From: Octopus vulgaris
Taxonomy: Eukaryota
Direction: 5' to 3'
NCBI GenBank assembly: GCA_951406725.2
Contig: OX597822.1
Location: 62,062,001-62,126,000 of the forward strand
Length of the DNA: 64,000 nucleotides
Shown here one piece after another: positions 12,388 to 24,197 of this stretch; the stretch's first letter is position 1; each line of letters begins with the position of its first letter. The notes under the pieces were generated by a model, which saw nothing but the letters and a program-made list of their open reading frames with translations, was not told where the DNA came from and did not search any database. The position numbers and the translations under genes are program-made.

Positions 12388-12880
12388 TCATCATCATTTA
12401 GCGTCCGCTTTCCATGCTAGGATGGGTTGAACGGTTCAACTGGGGTCTGTGAAGCCAGAAGGCCGCATCGGCCCAGTTTGATCTGGCAGTGTTTCTACGG
12501 CTGGATGCCCTTCCTAACGCCAACCACTCTGTGAGTGTAGTGGGTGCTTTTTATGTGCCACCCGCACAGGTGCCAGACGGAGATGGCAAACAGCCATGGA
12601 CGGATGGTGCTTTTTATGTGCCATCTGCACGGGGGCCAGGCGAGGCTGGCAACGGCCACGAACGGATGGTGCTTTTCACGTGCCACTGGCACGAGGGCCA
12701 GGCGAGGCTGGCAACGGCCACGATCGGATGGTTCGCTTACTTGTCACCGGCACTGGTATCACAGCTGCAATTACCATTGATGTTGATCAACTTCGATTTT
12801 GGTTCTGCTTTCTGATAACTGATTTGATTTTGATTTTCACTTGCCTCAACGGGTCTTCACAAGTGGAGTTTTGTGTCCCA
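12388..12880 (-). mobile_element. SINE family D with internal GC-rich tandem units and ATG-repeat tail
   Basis: Near-identical inverted copy at about 30575-31245; further copies at 16895-17145 and 34725-35100. Confidence 0.8.
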
Positions 12881-12881
12881 G

Positions 12882-12912
<31 letters not shown>

Positions 12913-12950
12913 ATTTCAGAACAAAGCATTAATCGGGTACAGAATGTAAT

Positions 12951-13197
12951 ATGAAATTGAATGACAAAGGAACAGGGAATTGTACACTGAACTTCATTAG
13001 TTTACAGCTGTTTCTGTAATAAGATGCAGTATACTCAGAGTAGACTGCTTGTACATCACCTTATAACTCCAAGGAAGCTATACAGTGATGCACACATGCT
13101 CCGTTCTGAGGACACTGCATCTAATAGTAGAAACGCTTGTAAGCTAATGAAGTTTATTGCATAATTTTGTGTTCTCTTGTCATTTGTTTAATTTCAT
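12951..13197. repeat. Inverted repeat carrying two degenerate hammerhead-like cores (Penelope pLTR-like)
   Basis: Arms about 12951-13045 and 13100-13197. Plus strand CTGAGGA...GAAAC gctt GTA at 13106-13141; minus strand CTGAGTA...GAAAC agct GTA near 13000-13040. Confidence 0.55.
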
Positions 13198-13201
13198 AAA
13201 A

Positions 13202-13830
13202 ACAGGGTGTCCCAAAAGTCACTAATGGATTTCAATTTTTAATAACTTCCTTAACTTTACAAATAAATGCATGAAATTTTCATATAATAAGGATATAATG
13301 GAAATTAATATGCACAAGTCAATTTTTGCAGCTCCACTACATCACATATGAAAAATGACATCGCTTAAATGGCAGCCATTTTCGACTTTGCACGCCCGTG
13401 CTCTTTCCAAAACTCCCAAGAATTTCAGACCCAACTTCTCTGATTTCTCTATTGATGTTCCCCTCAGTTGCAACAGGGTCTCTGGTTTGTTGACGTAAAC
13501 CATCTCTTTCAGGTATCTCTAGAAGAAAAAGTCTGGGCCATTCAAGTCTTGGGAACATAAAGGCCAGTTGACATTGCCATAGTGGATTATTCTCTCTACA
13601 AAGCACTGCCATAGCAACTGCATTGTTTCTCTTGTGGTATGAACTATGTGTGTGGGGGTGGAACTATGTGTGTGTGGGGGGTGGGGGGGTCTATTTTGAA
13701 TGGCCGTAAGGCCTCAATCATGGTTCTGTACCATTCTCCAGTCAAGTTGATTATAATTGTAATGGCAAGTATTTATTGACCTTTTTCTTGCCTTTGAAAA
13801 TCGGCACGAACTTTCCAGACAACCCAATAT
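13202..13830 (-). mobile_element. Tc1/mariner-superfamily transposase remnant
   Basis: Terminus acagggtgtcccaaaagt; minus strand reads SQDLNGPDFFF*RYLKEMVYVNKP, a decayed SPDLNPxDFFLWGYLK motif. Confidence 0.65.
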
Positions 13831-14018
13831 TTCTGACAGTTTCAACACATTATACAAGCCAAAGTATCAACCTCAGTATTCTGAGTGAGCTTAGCTTAAC
13901 TGGAAACGGAATGCTAGCTGGACGGATTGTGGCTCTAATTCAAAGTATGCCTTAGTATACTTTAGTGTTGTGTGTGTGCATGTAAAGTGGTGAGTCCTGT
14001 ATATTGATTCAGGCTTGT

Positions 14019-14400
14019 CCAAAAGACGGCGAGCTGGCTGAAGTTAGCATACCAGGCGAAATGCTTCGCAGTATTTCATCTGTCTTTACGTTCTAAGTTC
14101 AAATTCCACCGAGGTCGACTTTGCCTTTCATCCTTTCAGGGTTGATTAAATAAGTACCAGTTACGCACTGGGGTCGATATAATTAACTTAATCCGTTTGT
14201 CCCCTCTGTGTTTAGCCCCTTGTGGGTAGTAAAGAAATAGGTATTTCGTCTGTTTTTTCATTCTGAGTTCAAATTCCGCCAAGGTTGGCTTTGCCTTTCG
14301 TCCTTTCAGGTGAATAAATTAAGTACCAGTTGCGTACTGGGTCGATCTAATCAACTGGGCCCTCCCCAAAATCTTCTGGCCATGTGCTTAGAGTAGAAAA
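14019..14400 (+). mobile_element. Dimeric SINE family B copy with 13-bp TSD
   Basis: gattcaggcttgt at 14006-14018 and 14401-14413. Confidence 0.8.
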
Positions 14401-15379
14401 GATTCAGGCTTGTTCAATATCTGTGCACCCTTGTATGCGTGTTGTGGTTTCCAAGCCTTTTTTTTTTATGTTTATGTATTTTTGGTTCATCTTATGGTTG
14501 GATGTAGTGATAACAAAGCAAATATGGTAGAAAGGTATATATTTGTGCTGTATGAATTGATGGCAAGTTTAATCGGCTCAGCAGAAACAAGATGGAAGAC
14601 AAGAAAAGCAGAATGTTTAAAAAGTGATGAAGGAAATAAAGAGAAGATTCGATATACTTAACTTATTCAAGCTAGGTAGATGAAAACTGGTTTTATATTA
14701 TTGAGTCCATTCAAGCTTATGTGTACCATTCATGTATGTGTGTCTCAGAAAATCATAATATTCAAATTGTCATCAGTTAAGTTAGAAAGTCAAAATCTCA
14801 ATTATGATAAGCTCACTAAATATAAGTAATCTTTCAGTTTAAAAGTTAAATTGTTTTTATGCATGGCCTAACAATAAAACAAACAATGTGTGTGCATACT
14901 TATATGTACATATGACTCCAGAGAGGCTGTCATCTCTATAAGCAGCAAAATGTCTGTGTATGTGTGTGTCCTTTATACAAATCCAGTTTTTCACATAAAA
15001 GGCTCGCATTTTCTATGGGCTTTCAAGACTGTCTGAGGGTGGTCATGAAGATCTTTTCATTTCCCCAGTCACCCCAGAAAGCCATTAAAAGAATCAATAA
15101 ACCAGCCCCTTGTGCCATAAGTTATTTCCCAGAAATTCGAATTTTTCGCCTCCTTTTTTGTCCGACTAATGGCATGTGCACAGTCCCGTTAATTTTCCAT
15201 GATTGTGTGAAAACCAAAGTCCAATGAATATTAATTACTCTCATAAAAAGCTCCAACTAGCTCATAAACAACAAAACTGGCCCAAGCTGAAAGGTGACAA
15301 GAAACTTAGCTCTTGATTTAGTGAGAAATTTTTACTGCAACCCAGCAACAAACAACAAACAGTAGCACTAGACCCAGCA

Positions 15380-15727
15380 ATGCTGGATCATAGAGCTAAT
15401 CAAAGCATAAATGAGTACATAAAGTGTTGGAGGTATGAAACATGTGGCCATATACTCCTTTCCAAGGCTGAGTATGCTGACCATCTGAAGTCCTATGAAA
15501 GATCAACTGCATGCAACATCCTTCTTCCAAGACCAGGTGATTTGAAATGTTTAGTGTGGGAAATGGCTTGCAAGTCAGTTTCACGTCTGAGGAGACACAT
15601 GACAGTTCACAGGGATCACATCTCACAAAACGACCCACTGAGAGTCCAGTGGAACAACTTTCATCCCTCACCTAAACTTCAAAACATGCAGCTCTATGGG
15701 ACTGGAGGGTCATCAGAAGTGTCATAG
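15380..15727 (+). mobile_element. Decayed C2H2-like zinc-finger tail, probably a LINE 3' remnant
   Basis: TCGHILLSKAEYADHLKS and CLVWEMACKSVSRLRRHMTVH are broken C2H2-like patterns; no splice support seen. Confidence 0.35.
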
Positions 15728-16340
15728 AGAAAATGTCAGAAATGACACTGACAAGAAAGCTCAGAGAAATAGTAAACATTTATGAAGATGAGGCCATCAT
15801 CATGTACATATAAATGAAAATTGTTTTTTTTTTTACTTGCAAAATTTTTCCCAACACATCAGCTGAGTTACAGAACTCAATGAAGTAAAGAACGTACAAT
15901 TTATGATTGTATGAAAGCTATTTTGTGTTGGTGTGTATATATGTCTGTTGTATCTCACCATTCAGAAAACATTGAAGTTTACCTGAGACAATGTATGAGC
16001 AGCAAGAGTAACATCTTACCGAATGGCTGCAGCTGGCCAAGCCAGCCTAACTATCAAGAATGTCAATGAGAAGCTTTAACCACTGAACTACATTTGCCGT
16101 TACCCTTTTATATGACTAAGGAATAGTAGGTGTTTTTGAAAGAAAAAAACTACTTTTGCTGTGGAATTTGTCATAGGCATAGGGGTGGCTGTGGTAAGTA
16201 GCTTGCTTATGAACAACATGGTTCCAGGTTTAGTTCAACTGCATGGCACCTTGGGCAAGTGTCTTCTACTATAGCCTCGGGCTGACCAAAGCCTTGAGAG
16301 TGGATTTGGTAGACAGAAACTGAAAGAAGCCAGTCGTTTA

Positions 16341-16387
<47 letters not shown>

Positions 16388-19300
16388 GCATGTGTGTATA
16401 TGTTTGTCCCCCAACCAACATCACTTGACAACTGATGCTGGTGTGTTTACGTCCCCGTGACTTAGCGGTTCAGCAAAAGAGACCGATAGAATAAGTACTT
16501 ACAAAGAATAAATCCTGGGGTCGGGTCACAGTCACATGACTGAAACAAGTAAAAGAGTATATAACCAAAGGACAGGCAATATGAACAATGCCTGCGTGAA
16601 ATCATAGGTGTTAAGTTCAAATCTGGCCTGCTACAAATCTGTACTGCATCACAATATATCATTTGAATTTTATTTATTCATCTAGCATTGTATGGGCATA
16701 AAATTTATCATGACAGGCTTTTATAAAGTTAGGTTCATATTTTTATTTTTGTTTTGCATTTTAACCTTTCATCATGTAAAAAGTAGAAAATGGGATAACA
16801 AACGTCTGCTTTTCACAAGAAATGATGGCTCACAAAAGGCCCTATATATTCAGTGTAGTGTTGTTTCTAACTCAAATCTGAAGCTATCATTTTCATCATC
16901 ATCATCATCGTTTAACATCCGTTTTCCATGCTAGAATGGGTTGGACGGTTCCTGGATGCCCTTCCTAATGCCAACCACTCCATGAGTGTAGTGGGTGTTT
17001 TTTACGTGCCACCAGCACGGAAGTCAGTCAAGGCGGTGTTGGCATCAGCCACGTTCGGATGGTGCTTTTTACATGTCACCGGCACAAGTATCACAACTAC
17101 AATTTCCATTTGATTTTTATTTTGATGTTGTTGTACTTGACTCCTTGTGATCCAAGCTACTTTTGATGGGCTGGAGCTGCTATGTGAAACAGCCATGAAC
17201 TCACGTTATTTTGGGGGTTTTCGCTGTTACAGCATATCTTCACCTCAAAAGCTCTTCAAAAACAAGCACAGCCAAGCTAATGCTGAAAATCATGTTGCTG
17301 AATCACTGAAAAAAGTACTAGTTTTAATTCTAAAGGAACTTTTCTGAAGTTGGGTGGCCTTTCTGTTGAAAAACCATTAATCTTTGCTTCATACCATGTG
17401 GCATATAAAGTGGGCAAATCAACGAAGTACTATAGTTGCAGATCTTGTCAAAGTCATGTGCACTGGAAATGAAACAATTTTGAGAAAAGAACCAAGAATA
17501 AAATTTAACAAGTGTCCCAAACAACTGAATCAGTGATGTGAATATTTTGAACCAAATCCTCTCAGACAGCAGAGCTAGTCATTTGAAAATCTCTATTCAA
17601 CTGGACCAGTTGACTGATCAAGATCCAGCAAGCTGAGACACTGACACAAATCTAACTTGTTACCAACAAAGGGTGAGTGAAGCTAAACCACCCTTTTGCA
17701 CCAAATCATGGTAGGTTCTGTAGATTCGGGTGCTTAGAGTGGAATTGAGACCCAATGACAAGGTGTTGCTACAGACGTAGTAATGTAGAAGAGGCAATTT
17801 TACAACAATGAGAAAATGTGGTGGGTTGTGTGTGAATATTCCCCAAGTGAGCAGTACATACCAAGCCCAGACCTTGCTGTGACCCATATTCTAGGAAAAC
17901 TCTTACTTGTTTCAGTCATTTGACTGGAACACTGCCTTTAGTCGAGCAAATCGACCCCAGGACTTATTCTATCAGTCTCTTTTGCCGAACTGCTAAGTGA
18001 CAGGGACATAAACATTCCAGCATCAATTGTCAAGCAATGCTAGGGGGACAAACACATATATATATATACATATATACGACAGGCTCCTTTCAATTTCCAT
18101 CTACCAAATCCTCTCACAAGGCTTTGGTTGGCCCAAGGCTATAGTAGAAGACACTTGCCCAAGGTGCCATGCAGTGAGACTGAATCCAGAACCATGTGGT
18201 TGGTAAGTAAGGTACTTACCACACAGCCACTGAAACTTTTTTTTTTGTTAATCAGTGTTGAAATACAAAATCTTTTCAACCATTGCTGTTGCTCCATCAG
18301 AGTGCACAAAACCCATGGTTTTAATGTTTGACAAGTCTTTCATAAATTACATCACATCTTTAAGGTAACTTTATGGTGAGGAGTACATCAATGACAATGC
18401 CTGTGAGGGAAAAGTTCTGGCTTTGTGAAAATCTGAAAACAAGTACAATTGCAAAAGATGTTCAGAAGACCCAGTAGAATTATGTGCTACTTCTAGCAGA
18501 ACGGGTAAGCACACTGAGGATTCCTTATTAGCAGTTACTGTTATTCAGCTCTAGTAAACCACATCTATGACCCAAGGCACTTCACTCATAACCCTCCATC
18601 TTTTATTTTTCCAGTGTTATTTAAAATATTTCTTTTTTGCCCTCTCTCTAAATTTCTAGAGTAAAATTTGTACTAACAAGTGTCCTTACGAGTAAAAATG
18701 TTCGTGCATTTGCGTTTAAGTCAACCAGTCAGGTCCAAATGATTATTCGTTAAATTTTTTTCCAGTCTGATCACAACTGTCCAACGGACAGGAACGTGAA
18801 ACAAAATTTTTTGTGATATTTTTGCAGCTTTAATAAAATGTGTGTGTATATCACCATGACCGACCAGGCTATCAGATGTTGTTATACATCGCGCTTCGCA
18901 TTGTCTTAGCCTTCAAATGACGCCACCCCGCTGGCTAAGTGAGCAGGCCAGCAGAAGAAAGAAAGTTGTGGTGAAAGAGTACAGCAGGGACTGCCACCAC
19001 CCCCTGCCGGAGACTAATGGAGCTTTAGGTGTTTTCGCTCAATAAACACTCACAACGCCCGGTCTGGGAATCGAAACCGCAATCCTACAATCGCGAGTCC
19101 GCCTCCACACACACACACACAACACGAATCTGTTTCAAGTTATGTATGTTTAACCAGCTGATCTAGCCAACCGGCCATTAAAGACGATTCCATTTTTACT
19201 TTTCATGTTTTGGGTATCTCTTATACAGGTTACAAGACAGATCTTGGCTTTAAAAGGATATAGTCATGCTTGGAACGCTTTCAAAAGGACCGTGCTCACG

Positions 19301-20647
19301 TTTAGAAAGTGCTTAGACGGTTTTCGTGCCTCCGCACATGAACAAATGTATCAGACATTTTCGAAAAATTAATGTAACAAGTATGGCGCTCACTTCGAAA
19401 GCACATGTGCAAAAACCTATGAGCTAAGAGACAAAAATGAGTGATCTTAAGCGGCAACAGTTGATTAATACGAAGAATTTCGAACTAATCAAGCCCATTT
19501 CAGTTGTCTCCCTTGCTTTTCCAATGACTAAGATAAATGCGAAGTTACCTCCCTTCAACCACTAGCTCTATTCAATTAGTCTTTATTCCACACCTAAAGT
19601 ACAGGAAATTGATATCCTCCTTCCCCTCTTATTTCTACAATGGTACATCTACTTGCGCCCTTTTTTATTTGTATTATTTTGGTCACCAATTAATGAAGGG
19701 CTCACTACATGTGAAAACATTCCTGCAAAATCATTTTAAAAAAATACTAAGGTTAGTAAAATCAAAAGTTATACCCATTGTACATACACGTGTATATCAT
19801 ATTGACCTGCTTATATTATACACACACACGTTTACGGCGAATCGAGCCTATTGCTTTGGTCTGGACAGCACAGGAAAATAAAAAGACACTTCAGCAATTA
19901 GCTCAAGTATTTGTAACGTCTTAATGCAAATATTTTACACAATTTCTTATACAATAAGGGTGGAGTTAATGAATATACCACCCGTTTTCGGCATAAAAAG
20001 CCTGAACACCGAGTATTCGTATTCTTTACCTCCACCGCAATCCAGAGTGATCTGTGGTTGCAAAACATAAGCGTCGCATGTTGTCTAGCTCCAGCTAAAA
20101 TTGTGATCAAAACCATTTTACTCATGACCAGACTTCCGAAATACCATAACAAAAATCGGGATCGAATTCCTGTCCAACCACCTCCTCAGACCTTAGGAGT
20201 AGCAACCACGACGACTTTCGTAACGTTTACAGAACACATATTGAAACACTTATAACCCACAATTTTAAAGAAAAAAAATCGTAATCTATAAGCATCGTAC
20301 TTTGCAGGATTAACATTCCGAAAACCCGGAAAAATTCCCTAACTTAATACAAGTCTAATCGACATATCATTAAACATCCACTCTTCCATGGAGCAAGCAA
20401 TGAGTATATTTATTAGTTTCAATTTGCATATGCAGGATATTACAAAAACAAAAAAGGGACAGAAAGGAAGGATTCTGTTTCTCAGTCACCATGCACCCTG
20501 AAGTACACATTATCCCTAATCTCAATCATGAAATATTCCACAAGAATGACACAGACGGAAACTGAAAACCCATCATACACAGTACCTGCCCATGTTACCA
20601 TTAGAATGAACCAACATGCGCCGCTGAAGGAATTTCAGCTCACTAAA

Positions 20648-20720
20648 GTCTTCCAAAACTGTTTCTAACAAGGAATTCACTCGACACGAAATTCTTCATA
20701 TATCGATAAGACGGGGAAAG
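20648..20720 (-). pseudogene. Decayed copy of the SNORD12-like snoRNA
   Basis: Retains tctttccccgtcttatcgatatatgaaga and ttttggaagac, but lacks boxes C and D. Confidence 0.6.
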
Positions 20721-20868
20721 ACATAATTAGTGCGAATTATAAGTAGACTTACAAGACTGATACACACAAAACGAAACGAGGTGCACAGGAAAAAATCACA
20801 AATCTAAACTATAAAAGCTGGCAGAACTATCGCAGGCGACAATCATAAAAACATGGTTAGCTCGTCTT

Positions 20869-20973
20869 CCAAAATTGTCTCAGACAAAAAAAATTGGCTT
20901 GTAAAGACAAGGTATGTCTTCATATATCGATAAGACGGGGAAAGAATTTGATAATCATCACTGCCAATTTTGG
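20869..20973 (-). ncRNA. Box C/D snoRNA, SNORD12/SNORD106/snR190-like, copy 4
   Basis: Minus strand: stem ccaaaattg, C box GTGATGA (20961-20955), guide TTCTTTCCCCG, D' CTTA, C' ATGAAGA, D box CTGA (20883-20880), stem caattttgg. Confidence 0.85.
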
Positions 20974-21558
20974 ATAGACAAAATCCATGAAGAGAAAGGA
21001 AACACTAAGATACATACGTTTGTATACAGTACGAAACTAATATCAAATTACAAGTACTACCTACTTCCAGGGGGGGACTAAAAATAAAAGGACCAAAGGA
21101 ATTGCCTTAACGCATTGATGATAGCTAAACTCGAATAAACCTTCTAAAACATGCACACTAAGGGAATGAATCTAAAGACGGTCGTCCCCATATAGATGAG
21201 AAAGTAAAACCGACTATTTTCAATTAAAAAAAAAATATTAAGAAACGAGAAAATCGAGCACCCGGAAACCTCACACACTTGTCCAGCAGACGTCTGAAAA
21301 ATGCAATGGATCAAAGGGAAAGCTACACAGAAAATACACATCCTCATAAACAGAACATCGGCGGAATTCACACGTATGTGTAGTAGCGGGGGGGGCTGCA
21401 CAGTATCTCCTTAAGCTATCAACGGATTTACAAGTATTAAAATATATTGAAGTCATCCTCTGATCAAAATCCTACACAAGTTTTAAAGAGAAACGATGGA
21501 AAGAATGTTGTAACAAGCTGACCTGTAAAACCAAAGAGGATACGCTCAATCAAGTCTT

Positions 21559-21662
21559 CCAAAATTGTCTCAGACAAAAAAATTGGCTTGTAAAGACAAG
21601 GTATGTCTTCATATATCGATAAGACGGGGAAAGAATTTTGTAGTCATCACTGCCAATTCTGG
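21559..21662 (-). ncRNA. Box C/D snoRNA, SNORD12-like, copy 3
   Basis: C box 21650-21644, D box 21573-21570, same guide; candidate acceptor ttggttttacag about 45 nt downstream of box D. Confidence 0.85.
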
Positions 21663-22405
21663 ATAGACAAAATCCATGAAAGATAAAGTAAATGGTTCTG
21701 GAGTCAGCCCCACAGCGTGGCACCCTGGGTAAGTGTCTTCTAAAGCCTTGAGTGGATTTGTCAGACAGTTAACTGAAAGCCCATCGAATGTGTATATATG
21801 TGTGCGTGTATATCTGAGTCTGTGCCCCCACATCGCTCGACAACCGATGCTGGTGTTTACGTCCCCGGAACTCGGCAAAAGAGATCGATAGAATAAGTAC
21901 TAGGCTTACAAAGAACAAGTTCCGGGAGTCGATTTGCCCGACTAAAGGCGGTGCTCCAGCACGGCCATAGTCAAATGACTGAAACAAGAGGTACACGTAC
22001 CTTTTCCCAGGTAAGACTAAAAACAAAAGGACCAAAGAAATCGCCTTAACGTAAGGATGATGATACCTAAAATTTACCTCGAATAAGCCTTCTAAAACTA
22101 TCGCCGACAAAGAAATGAATTGAAAGACGGTTTGTCTTCATATATCGATGAGACGTGGTGCTGAGACTTAAATAAAAACGACTATTTTCTGTAAAAAAAA
22201 AAACTATTAAGAAACGAGACAATCGAGTACACTTCTGTACAATGCTAGAGAATCAAAGGAAAAGCCACATCCTCGAACAGAATATCGGGGGAAATCCACG
22301 TGTTGGAAGAGGGCCACGGATTTACAAGTAATAAGATATATTGAAGTCATCGCCTAATCAAGATCCCACGGAAAGTTGTAAGCTGACCTACGCTTAATCA
22401 GTCTT

Positions 22406-22509
22406 CCAAAATTGTCTCAGACAAAAAAATTGGCTTGTAAAGACAAGGTATGTCTTCATATATCGATAAGACGGGGAAAGAATTTTGTAGTCATCACCGT
22501 CAATTTTGG
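22406..22509 (-). ncRNA. Box C/D snoRNA, SNORD12-like, copy 2
   Basis: C box 22497-22491, D box 22420-22417, same guide and terminal stem. Confidence 0.85.
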
Positions 22510-22770
22510 ATAGACAAAATCCATGAAAAAAAGAATAGAAACACTAAGATAGTACAAAACTAATATTAATTACAGAAAGTTCCTTTTCCTATTGGGTGGG
22601 GGACCAAAACAAAAGGACCTCAAGAGATTGCAAAGTCATCGTCTGATCAAAATCCTACACAAGTTTTAAAAAGAACCGATGGGAAAAGTATAACAAGCTG
22701 AACGTGAATGACTTTAAATATATTTAAGATCGAATCTACACTGTAAAACCAAACATAAGCTCAAAGTCTT

Positions 22771-22874
22771 CCAAAATTGTCTCAGACAAAAAAATTGGCT
22801 TGAAAAGACATGTAATGTCTTCATATATCGATAAGACGGGGAAAGAATTTTGTAGTCATCACCGTCAATTTTGG
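22771..22874 (-). ncRNA. Box C/D snoRNA, SNORD12-like, copy 1
   Basis: C box 22862-22856, D box 22785-22782; candidate acceptor tttggttttacag at about 22741-22753. Confidence 0.85.
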
Positions 22875-23029
22875 TCGGACTTTATGAGCTAAATTATGGG
22901 ACATATCTATATAAGAAAATCGACAAATAAAAACATCCTTAAGAGATATAAAACTGCAATAGCGAAGTCAAGAAAACAGAAAATGCTACGGAATCGACTT
23001 AACTAGGAAGAGAAATAAAACTATGGTAT

Positions 23030-23150
23030 AAATATACATACAAACCATCACTCTTCATTCACTGAAAAGAAAAAGTTATAATTAAAATGTAAGTGAAGAC
23101 CAGCACGTGGTGACAGCCAAGAGAAAAAGAAATTATCGAAGCAAACACAT
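23030..23150 (-). promoter_or_regulatory. Candidate TCT/5'TOP-like start and first exon of the snoRNA host gene
   Basis: Minus strand ttcgataatttCTTTTTCTCTTggctg near 23130, with a possible donor atg|gtttgt near 23045; locally CpG-rich. Confidence 0.35.
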
Positions 23151-23987
23151 GTATAACAGAAGTGGAAGAGACTGAGACGATGAAATTTGTGCTTATATAG
23201 TTGTCTTATGACGTGTCACAAACCGACCAATTACAATGACTTTAACAAACATCACGAAGCAATATCCTATCAGCTAATCAAAATAGCCGTAATATTTCGT
23301 GCAAAGGCGATACCGTCAACGGAATTGACAGTCTCCCAAATTGCTAAAGATAACAGCCAAACCTTGTCTATATTCTGCGATTTCAAAGCAACCACCGTAG
23401 TCAGCAATTTCTTCATGTAAAGAACACTTTTCCAGTTATATAAGAATAAGAAACAATTGAAGAAATATTCCTCGGCCATTCTTTACAATAAATATAGTAT
23501 AGAACATTTTTACATTTTATCAGATTTTTAAAAAGCAAAAGAATTTTTCTTCGCACCCTCTTCGTAGAGAATTGCTGTTCTGCTGTCGTACAGATTAAAA
23601 GATACATTGAATAGTGATGTTTGGTTTATGTCGAAATGTTGCCGCTGGAGCATGAAAATTAAAAGCCCATGTTTCGTTTTTAATACCGTAATAGTCATGT
23701 AAAGACGAAACATCGCCCAATGAAAACTTTAAAATTCTGAGTGCACCTGAGCACTGTATACAATAATTTCATTATTATTATTAGAGAACATACAACCGCG
23801 CGCACGCACACACACTTATATATATCACCTGTAGATACCATCGGATGTTGTTATATACCACTGTACACAATGCCATTTTCTGATCTCTTTGATGTCACTC
23901 AGCAATTGAACGGGTCCGGCCCACCATAACTTGTGTTGTTATTCTGCGGTCATGTCGTTGATACTGCTACGTTCTCCAATTGTATGG

Positions 23988-24197
23988 ATATGCTGAAAAG
24001 TTCCTGTCTTTGGGTAAAAGAGAATACGGGAAGATCAGTTAATTATGATTCTATTCAACATACTTCCCTCCCAAGTTCACACACTTATTACAGCGGTCAT
24101 TCAGATTTTCTAAGCCCTTTAAAAGAATTCGGAAGTTTGGACCTCCAACCAGGCCTTTCGCAACACCCTTAAAGCCAGGAACTTTTCAGCACCCCCT
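23988..24197. mobile_element. Mariner-derived MITE
   Basis: TIR gctgaaaagttcctg / caggaacttttcagc; related inverted copy at about 11910-12045. Confidence 0.7.

Noticed and set aside
20648-22874. CRISPR-like repeat-spacer array
   Set aside because: Repeats are ~104 bp, spacers are 150-750 bp and homologous to each other, the DNA is eukaryotic, there are no cas genes, and C/D boxes explain the conservation.
23187-23713. Protein-coding gene head-to-head with the snoRNA host (ZNFX1-like synteny)
   Set aside because: Only short unrecognisable ORFs; no ZNFX1-like sequence seen in the window.
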